Positions 54,025 to 64,000 of a DNA stretch of 64,000 nucleotides are shown here, piece by piece. A program made the position numbers and the translations under genes. The stretch is taken from the NCBI RefSeq assembly GCF_009914755.1, contig NC_060926.1; one strand, written 5' to 3'. The notes under the pieces were generated by a model. It was not told the DNA's origin. It did no database searches and saw only the letters and a program-made list of their open reading frames with translations. Every line of letters starts with the position of its first letter. Position 1 is the stretch's first letter. Source of the stretch: the human T2T-CHM13v2.0 reference genome, Homo sapiens.

Positions 54025-55959
54025 GATGGTAAATGGATTGGGAAAGACACCCTGTAGTCACATCTATAATCATTGCCCTGTAAATTGGGTTGCTTTTTCG
54101 ACATATTTAGAGGTTTGCTTTTCCTCTCTCTTTGATGACAGAGACGGTGGGTTTGACGACAGCAATGACGCACTTATAATTTTATGTGGCCCTTCCCTGG
54201 GTATTTGTCAGCGGCTAATATTTATAGAGTGCTTTGCCAATCGGCACAGTTGTATTTTACTTACAGGAAAGAGGAAAGAATTTCAAGGTGCTCTATATTT
54301 TAAAGAAAGTTGATATCAAGGGTATAAATGATCAACAACCATAAAATACTAAATACTAAAAAGTTTTAGATACCATAATCTTTTTCCATTAGTACTGAAA
54401 ATGTTCAGCACTCATTATTACATTCAGCAGGCTGTAACAGTATAATAGTGGGATATACTCTGGATTGGGCACAAAAAGATCTGGAATCTAACCCCTGTTA
54501 TGCATTTCCTAATGCCCTGTTCTTGGACAAGTCACATATTCTCTGAACCTAAGTTTTGTCATCTGTATAGTGCAAATGATGACTGATTTACTTGACAAAT
54601 TATGTGATTGTCACACATGAACAATTCTCAAAAATCTTTAAAGTTTTAAATTTAAACCATTAAACTGAACATTTTAAAGCAAAAACTGGATATTTAAAAA
54701 AAAATTCCATTCTATACATTTTAGTAGAAGGACTTAGTAGAGGGTTAGATCAAAGAGTCCTTATGTTTTTTATGGACTACAAGTTGTTGCAATGACAAGG
54801 TATTTGATAAGAATTCTCAAATATTTATAATAATGATTTGTTCACCTTTGCCTTAATATTAAACATCTCTAAGAAGATATTTCTTATAATAAATCAGACT
54901 CAAGGAAAATGAAGCAAATAATCCTTTTTTTTCAGTATGGCAAATTTAATTCCAAAAGGCAGAATAGACACCATAATAACCTATTTCATTCATTCATTCA
55001 TTTATTCTTTAATAAACACGGAACCTCTACCATGGGAGTATACAGGAAGAATGATAAATAGAAATAAGTGGATCATAAGAGTATAGTCTCTGATTTCAAG
55101 AAACTTACAGACTTCAGAATTCTGAGTTCACAAGTCTGGGAAAGTCATCAAAGCTAAATAGTTTTATTTTTACTTGCAAATGAATTTGGAAATCAAAAGT
55201 ATTAAATTGTAAAGCTTAAGTTCCCTATGAATAGAAAAGTGTTCAATAAGTACTCCTTCTAACATTAATCCACTCATTTTTTAACAATGGTGACCTGTGT
55301 TATAATTAAGCTAGGAACCTAACAATCCAAGTGTCCTCTCTGATACTTCAGCTACGAATGAGCACTGGTAGTCATTATTTCTTTTGAAAGGCATTCATTT
55401 TTAAGATTTTATATTCTGATTTTCACATAGAAGTATCTATTTAGTTCCGTCTTGAGGAGCTATTGTCATTTGATTAGAAATTGGCAACTATAAAAACTCC
55501 TACAATTAGAATAATTTACTTACATTGTAGTAGCTTTAAAGATAGTCACAGGAAATATAACTCATTATCATATTGGAGCCTCTGTACACGTTAGATGTAA
55601 GAGTGGGGATGGGGTTATCACACACTTTTAAGAATAACTATTTTATTGGACTTTTACTACATATAGACACATTTTAGGACGGATTTCATCTATGGCAAAC
55701 TACATTTTTGAAATATTAATTGTGTTCAGTCCCAAATGAGCTGTTGCAGAATTAGTTTGCCTGATGGACAACTTTACATACTTTTGGCATGCAATACTTC
55801 TCTAATTGGGAGATGGCCTTTCTTTTGAACATTTTAATTTTTTCCATTTTTTATATCCCCAATTTTCTAAAATATAGATTCATTTATTAGTCACCAACAA
55901 CGCCTTGACATTATGAGCTTCTTGACATAAAACTCTTGAAAAAACTATAGTTTAAATGT

Positions 55960-56090
55960 CCTAGACTAGGTTAAGTGAGTGAGGTACCTGAGATGCAAAA
56001 TTTAAGGAGGCTGTCACTGTTAGTGTCATGGTGTATCTCTTTGAGAGTTAGGCCCTAAGCACATCACTCAGTACCCTAGTCCCAGCTTTG
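55960..56090. mobile_element. MER91-like (hAT-Tip100) relic
   Basis: AAGTGAGTGAGGTACCTGAGATGCAAAATTTAAGGAGGC motif. Confidence 0.5.
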
Positions 56091-59000
56091 GGTCAGAAGC
56101 TAAGCATTCTGGCTGTAGAACTGCCCAAGGGACTAGTACTAATCTTGACCTGTGCTTTCCTCTCCCTCATTCCAATTTGCTCATGTCTAGCCAGACTTTC
56201 TGACGATCTAGAGGTGACATTAGGTCTTATTGCTATGGAAATGGAGACTATTCCTCTGCCTTTACATCTGTATTAGACTTTCTTCATATTTCCAACCTGT
56301 TCCAAAAATTGAGGGGTGCTGTAGAAAGTTTTCAGTATCTCTTAGGCAATGGGCATGCTAGAATTCACTTCAAGCCTTCAGGAGGAGTTTGGTATGCTAC
56401 GCTGACTGCCCTTGATGGGATTTGTATTTCCTGGGGCATTTGCAATGACGGAGGCCCGAAAAAAGCTGCGCGGGCCAAGGTCAAAGTTTGTGTTAGGCTC
56501 CTTAGCCCTAGGGATCTTTAGCTTCCATTTGATTTTCTTCATGTGATCTAAATGAGTTGAACTTATAAAAATATTTTCAAGGCTACTCTGTTTGCTTTTT
56601 ATTTTTTTCAACTTGTTAAATGCTATACATTGATCTTTTAAATTTCATAGGGAGGTAACTGACTAATTTGAAGTTCTCATAAATGAATCAATAGGGTTGC
56701 TACATTATGAAAGAATTTTACTAAGTTTCTTCTATAATGCAGACTGAAATATAAGACCATTTTAATTTATCACCACCATACAGTAAAAATTAGCTTATGA
56801 TATGTAGGTTCCTCCAGGATTCTGAACAACTTGCCACATAGCAGATGCTCAGTAAGGCATATTAATAAACCTACACTTTATGAACATACTTTGTAATGAA
56901 ATTTTTATAAATGCTGTATTTTATTTACAATGAGAAACCTTATTAGAATAAAAATGATTCATAAATCTTAATCTTTTGTTTATAAATGTTCAAACATAAA
57001 AGTACTTAAGTAAATTAACCTTTTGATTTTGTCCCCTTAACATTGGCTTATGTTTAACCAAAGACCGATGACTTAATATTAACTTGGAATGTTGTAAGAT
57101 TATTAACTGAGAATGTGGTAAGGCCTAATTGATTACTGCTGTTACAGTGCTTCAGAATTTTGAAGTGTTAGGCCTTGTAACTGCAGAGAAGTCTCATGAA
57201 ATATTTCAAAGACAAATTGTGCTGAAATTCTAAATTTCAAAAATCCATATCTTAATAGTGTAATTCCAAGAATAAAAGAATAAGATTTCATTTACTTGAT
57301 TTTAACTTTTTACCATATTATCTACACAATAATTACCTGAAATAAATTCTGGCTTTAGGCTTTCTACTTTTCAGTGCTTAGTTCAGATTTATTTTTTAAG
57401 AGGATGAGTACTGAGGCGAACTAATAGCTTAGAAACATCAGGTAAGCCAGAAAGCACGTATGTTATATAGCCTTAGGCCTTGGTGAAAATGGAAAAAAAA
57501 CATGTGGGGCCTCTACTTTTTCTGAAGTGCAAATAGTTTACGTAGATAAATGATTCAACAGCAATACCATAATCCCAGAGTAAATTATTTTCATTTTTAC
57601 TACTAGCTCAAGGGAATTATTGACTTTTAAATGGTGTTTTTTTTTTTTTTCAAACCTTTTATGGAATCTATTGCTGAATTAGCTTAAGGCTTTACAGGCA
57701 GAACATTTTAGTGGTGGAGTCTCATATCTAGGAGAAGAAACATTTCTGTTCCTCCCATTTCACAGATATGTAAGTGCTGAAGTTAAAACAAGGACACATG
57801 GATGCCTGTTTTTGTACGTAAAACAAAATATACATTAGCAAATTTGGTTAGAATTTTAATTAGGCTTCAAACAACAGATGGATCTTTTTAATTTGAAGTT
57901 TTGTTATTGTACTTATATACCCGATGCCATAGTTGTGTTTAACCTGGCTTCAGAATGTTCTAAGTCATTTCTTCTGCTGTTATTTTATTGCTTACTCAAG
58001 GGCTCATTTACATACTGAATGTTATGGCAATACGACACAAATTTGATTTTTCCTTTTCTTTTTTTGAGAATAGGTTGTTTAAATCAAAGCATAAGGAAGG
58101 ATTCTTGCTTTATATGGCTGTCAACAATTATATAAATAGGACATTTTAGGGCAATGCTGTTTACAGTTGACGTATTTCTTCCATTTCAACCTAAATATTG
58201 TCATGTGTTTGTAACAAAACATGCTGTTTTTCAGTTTCAATGTGTTTCTTCCTCTTATAGTCCTGTAAGCTCCACATATACAAAAGCCTAATGCAATTTT
58301 AGGCTGCAAGAAAAGTCTCATTTTGACTTGTTTTCCATCTTGATATAAAAGACCCGAAGAAAACTGGTTCGAAGTAAAGGATCGATGTCCTTAGAAGTAG
58401 TTCAGAATGCTGATGGGTTGTGAAACAATACATGAGCAATGAGTAGATGATTTTTAATAACATAATACTGAATGCAAAGGAGAACCTAACAATAATGATA
58501 AACACTAGGCTGCTTCAAAAACTTTTATAGATTAAATTACAAATTATGTTTGAATTTTGACTGTTACTTCCTAAGACTAAGCCCTCTCAATCAGTTTAGC
58601 ATAGCACCAGGGACAGATGCTCAAACCTTTTTCAAGGGGAATGTAGCTGTGTGACTCTCATTAATAGCTGTTGCATTATTCTGATTCTGGAAAACACTTT
58701 GAAACATCTACCCTTTTAAACTGAATCTCAGACTGAGTATTAAAGGGTAAAATTGCAGTCACTTATTTGTGGTCCCATAAAGTTTATGAATCATCTTACT
58801 AAGAAATGAAAATATATCCATAAATGTAGGCTTACAATGAATTTTAATTGTGAGGAAAATTTAAAACCCCTAAAAGAGATGAGATTTTTAGAGAAATTTC
58901 AGAGCTTGCAGTATTCTATCTTGTAACATCATTAGAACATTGAAATATTGTTTGACAATGGTGAAACAATAATATCAACATCCACGGCAGACAAACCAAA

Positions 59001-59137
59001 ACAATTGAGAGTTTATTGGAATTTCTACTTATATGTAACCCCCCCTCACAAAAATGTATTTTCATTAAAAATTACTTATAACCTGTGAAAGAAATCTCAG
59101 ACTTTACAAATATTAAGAATTGCAACATTAAATTTAG

Positions 59138-59442
<305 letters not shown>

Positions 59443-59477
59443 TAGAATGCTCATTTTAAAAGTAATATAGGAATGGG

Positions 59478-59805
<328 letters not shown>

Positions 59806-60624
59806 AAAAGTAATATGAGAATGGAGATCATATAGCTATTTTTGTAATTCAGTTTAATTTAGAAATAGGAGTACTAAATAAAATTATAAAGTAAGATTAA
59901 ACATGGAGCAATTACATATACATAGGAAAATTCCGTTTTAGTCCTTCTAAATATTGTGTGTGAAAAAATCTGCAGTCTTATGAATCTTCCTCCAATAAAT
60001 TTGCTAACAAAGGAAACATTTAGTATTACTAGGCTGTAGAGACTAGTAATTTAATCTTTAATTTTTAAATTTATATGAAGTAACAAGAGAACACAATTTT
60101 TCACCGCTTATTTTATAACCTGATTGGCTCCCAGATTCACAATACCTGTAGGCTCCAGACTAAAAAATGCCAAACTGTTAGTGGAAAGTAACCTTAAGGC
60201 ATTTTTCTTGATATCCATATTAGCTACAATCCTTGGCCTATTTCTTTGGAGTATGTTTACATGTTTTATGAATATAATTACATAGGTGGGAGAAGAAAAA
60301 CATACAAACATAATTTCAAAAAGATGGAAATAATGTTAATAATTGCAGCCACAATTTAAACATATTGGTTCAAAAATTTAAACGTATTTCTTTGTTTTAT
60401 GAGATTCAAACAAAATCTCATAAAAACATGAGATTTTTAGAAAGTACAGAAAAATCTCTCTCTCTGTATGAATTTTATTTTAGGCAGTTGCATGCTAAAC
60501 TTGTGCTTGGTTGTTCAAATAAAGTGAATGTTCACATGTGGACTCCACTCTTGAACATCAGGCAACTTGGAAGTAACATTAACTTTGGCATAAGGACTTT
60601 GACTGATCATTTGGTTTAAGTGCC

Positions 60625-60985
60625 TAGCATGACTTAGGTTCTCTGTAAACAAATGCTGAGATGATGTTTGGGGAGCATGCTCTCTATTAGGGATCAGCAT
60701 CTGTGAAGCTTCAGGAAGTAGAACTGGACAGAGAACTAAACTGTAATGCAGTTTTGATAAAGCCTTGGCCAACGGGATAGGAAGCTGCTGCCCACCAGAC
60801 TTTCCTGGATGTGGCCTGAACCTTTCTATCCAGGCCTAACTTAGACACTGGTCATGGGGTATTCCAAGAAAGTCATGGGGCAATGCAGCCCTCTACAGCT
60901 GAGATAGACCCTGAAAAATTTGACAGCAGGAGATGGTTTGCTGACCTCACTCCTCACAGCAGGGCAGCAAGTTTTTCCATTATTA
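60625..60985. mobile_element. ERVL-class LTR relic
   Basis: TTAGGTTCTCTGTAAACAAATGCTGAGATG..TTAGGGATCAGCATCTGTG..GCCCTCTACAGCTGAG. Confidence 0.5.
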
Positions 60986-61404
60986 ATATGAATAATTATC
61001 TATGTTATCTAGAAATTGAATCCTCCATCACTGGGGAAAAGGGAGGGGGTACTGAGAGGTGGATCTCCTTATTCATCACAGCATCTAGGGTTCCAACAAT
61101 CTTCAGTGCTTGAGAACTCAAGGGCCTAGGATCAGTGCAAATTGTTCTCGAAACCTGCTGATTCTCCTCAGATTATAATGACTCAGGTAATTCATGACTT
61201 GACATTTCACTTTGACAATTTACAGATTTATAGATAGGTAGTTCTTGGTTGACCTGGGCCTGTTGTGGCTTATCCATGGCAATTTTGAATTAAGGCTCTT
61301 ATAAATAAATTTAAATAGAGTTCATGCTTAAATTTCTTTTAATCCTCACTTACGAAATTGGAAAGCAGAAATAAAAGTAAGCTTAGAAAAAGAAAAAGAG
61401 GTTA

Positions 61405-61600
61405 TAAGTCAAACAGACTGGGTTCAGAAACCGCTGCTCTTCCAGTTGCTAATAGAATGATCTTTACTTCTCTGAGGCTCAGTTAGTTCAAGTGTAAAAT
61501 GGAGATTTCAATATTACCTACATCATTATTTTTTGTGAAGATTAGATGAGAAAACCCACTAATGGCTTTAAAGATAGTATTCAGTACGTTCATGTTAACT
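61405..61600 (+). mobile_element. MIR SINE
   Basis: CAGACTGGGTTCAGAA..CTCTGAGGCTCAG..TGTAAAATGGAGAT..TGTGAAGATTAGATGAG. Confidence 0.65.
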
Positions 61601-64000
61601 GTTATTAAGGATGTCATAGGGAATTGATCAGAATGGAGTTCTCGGTGACACAACATGCTCCCAAACCTTACTTTTCCAACATAGCTTCATAATTCTGTTT
61701 GAAGTAAGATACCTTTCCCAGAACAGTATAAATTTATTATTCAAATCCAAATTCTCAACTTATTTGTACAACTGCATATAGACTTTAATAAACATAGATA
61801 ATTATATATGCAACCCAGTTTATGTTTTAATAGGTTATCAGTAAAGTAATGGCAGAAGGTAGAAATAGGATAGTGACAGGTCAATCTACGTCTACCAGAC
61901 ATGCTTAAGAAGTGTTAACGCTTTACTTTATCCAAATATCAGTATTACAGCTTTTTTAAGGGAGGTATTTTAACATTTGAACTCACACTAGTGTAAGTTT
62001 AAAGTATACGTTATCTTTAATTACTATTTCCAAAATTAATTATACCAACATTTACTGAATGCCAAAGATGTACCAGGATTATACATAGATCTCAACAACA
62101 AAAAACAGTAAAAATATAATAGCCTCAGTATTTTTAATAGAGGGAGAATTATTATTAGTTATAACATAGTTGGGGACTTGGTATAGAAATGTAATATTGT
62201 AAGCATGAGACCACATCAGTGAATTAAAACAAACAAATTTTTTGCTGACATACAGTAAAATTTGGCAAGCATTTTAGATGAAAAGTAAAGGAAGAAAAAG
62301 AGAATGTTTGGGTTATATATACTGAATGCAGCTTTATTCTTTTCCCTAGTGATGGAGGATTAGATTTCTACATAACATAGATAATTATTAATATTAATGA
62401 TAGAAACAATTCATGAGGAAACCTAAAGAATGACATTTAGAAATCACCTTTTTGGGTCTTCTTCTGAAGGCATTACTTATATGACACCTGAATGGTAGAA
62501 GAAAGCCTAAGGGTACTTTTTGGGCAGCAATTGCCACCCAGCCTTAACTCATTCCTTACTTTCATCTTCTATCTTTTAGCATGAACTATACCTATGTGAA
62601 ATATTTGTCTTTGCTTTCAAGAGGAGAAGATGAAAATTAGTAAAATGACCAGAAGTCAGTGAGCATCAAATAACTATTTTGAAAACACCATAGTGTCAGC
62701 ATTGTAACATGCTAATATCACATAATGAAGTACATTTCTATGCATTCACCAACTGTGTAGTGAGAACATTACTGTGTGGACAACAGTGGGCTATTTCAGT
62801 GGGGATACAGCATGGAATTAGGCATTGTGTTTTCCAGATGTAACATTGAGAAGTTAAAATCTAGTACGGTAGATAAATACCTTTAGCAATTAAAAGGTAA
62901 CACACAACAGTATACACCAAATGCAGTCAGTGGAAGCACAAGAAAATCAGTGATTAATTCTGATTTAGTACACACCATGGGTACTAGGAAGCAGTACCAG
63001 GATGTAAAAGGCAACGAGGAAGACATTTATGCACAAAGGACTGACAGAGAGGTGGGGAATCTAAGGTATTCCATATAGAGAGCGAGCCAGATGAGAGGAC
63101 TTTGAATGTGAATTGAGGAATTTGGGGAATGGTGTCACCCAATTAATGTTTAAGAAAGCCTTAACTATATTTCATAGGACAGGTAGAAGTAAGGAGAGAC
63201 TGGAGGCAGGCAGAACAAGTAGGAGGCAATAGCAGGTGATGATGGGATTTTTGTCTTGGGTGGCCATGCAATTTCATATAGTGTGAAGTTAATTCTAAAA
63301 ACCAATAGGTAACTATTTATTAGTTAGAGCCATTATTATTATTAGATACTATGTGATGAGGTAGAACTATTTTTAATTGGAGTATTATTTAAATAACTAG
63401 CCTGTAGGACCAGATGTGACTTGACAGTTGTGACTCCAAGATACACTAGGAAAATATGACAAAGGGAGAGAGGTTGAGACTCCAAGAAACTTAATATTTA
63501 AGGTTTTAAAATATTCGTAAGACTAACCACTGCTAGAAAAAACGTTGCATTAGATATCTACATTTTAGATAAGTTCCACCAATAATAAAACAAGTGAATT
63601 AAGAATTTGAAACATGGTTAAAATAAAAAATTATATGCAGTGTAAGATGAAAAAATTACTGTTTAATATTTTCAGAATTAAAAGAAATAATCAGGAGGAT
63701 GGGTGTGGGGTAGGAGAGCATATGCTTTTTTTTTCTACTATAACTTTTCCTCTCTTATCAAATTCACTATTTAATCATTTGGAAACATTCTGCTAAATAC
63801 TCAGTTGATTATCTGACTAAAGTAATTTCACTGAAGTGTGAACAAAGCTTAGTGACTTGTCTACTCTGTGCTAGCCACTGGTATAGGCTGGAGGTGCACT
63901 AGTGCAAGAAGCAGACCCAATACTCTGCCTGCATGAAGTTCACTTTCTAATGTGATGAAATAGATAATAAAAAAATCACTAGATGGTATGTTAAAAGGTA

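Overview
Human (primate) genomic DNA, AT-rich and repeat-dense, covering the upstream region and first coding exon of CPS1 (mitochondrial carbamoyl-phosphate synthetase 1) on the + strand. The only host coding sequence is the 126-nt exon at 51502-51627 ([42 protein letters not shown], mostly mitochondrial presequence). The proximal promoter lies at ~51240-51370, and the liver enhancer (CRE plus C/EBP-FoxA-GRE unit) lies ~7.5 kb upstream at 43780-44100. The haplotype carries an extra TTC just before the ATG. The rest is intron/intergenic sequence: a near-full-length but dead L1PA4-like element (219-6345, 15-bp TSD), older L1 fragments, three Alus, MADE1, MIR/L2/LTR relics and TA-rich microsatellites. 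I found no new gene system, CRISPR array or RNA gene. The best leads are regulatory or structural: a cap-proximal 10-bp hairpin in the CPS1 5'UTR, AG|GT recursive-splice/alternative-exon candidates, a second C/EBP-FoxA-GRE-like module at ~36.3 kb, a 140-bp intronic duplication preserving a perfect D-box, a YY1-less L1 with a read-through ORF0, and a closely spaced inverted Alu pair. Repeat subfamily names and isoform structure are from recall, not from a database search.
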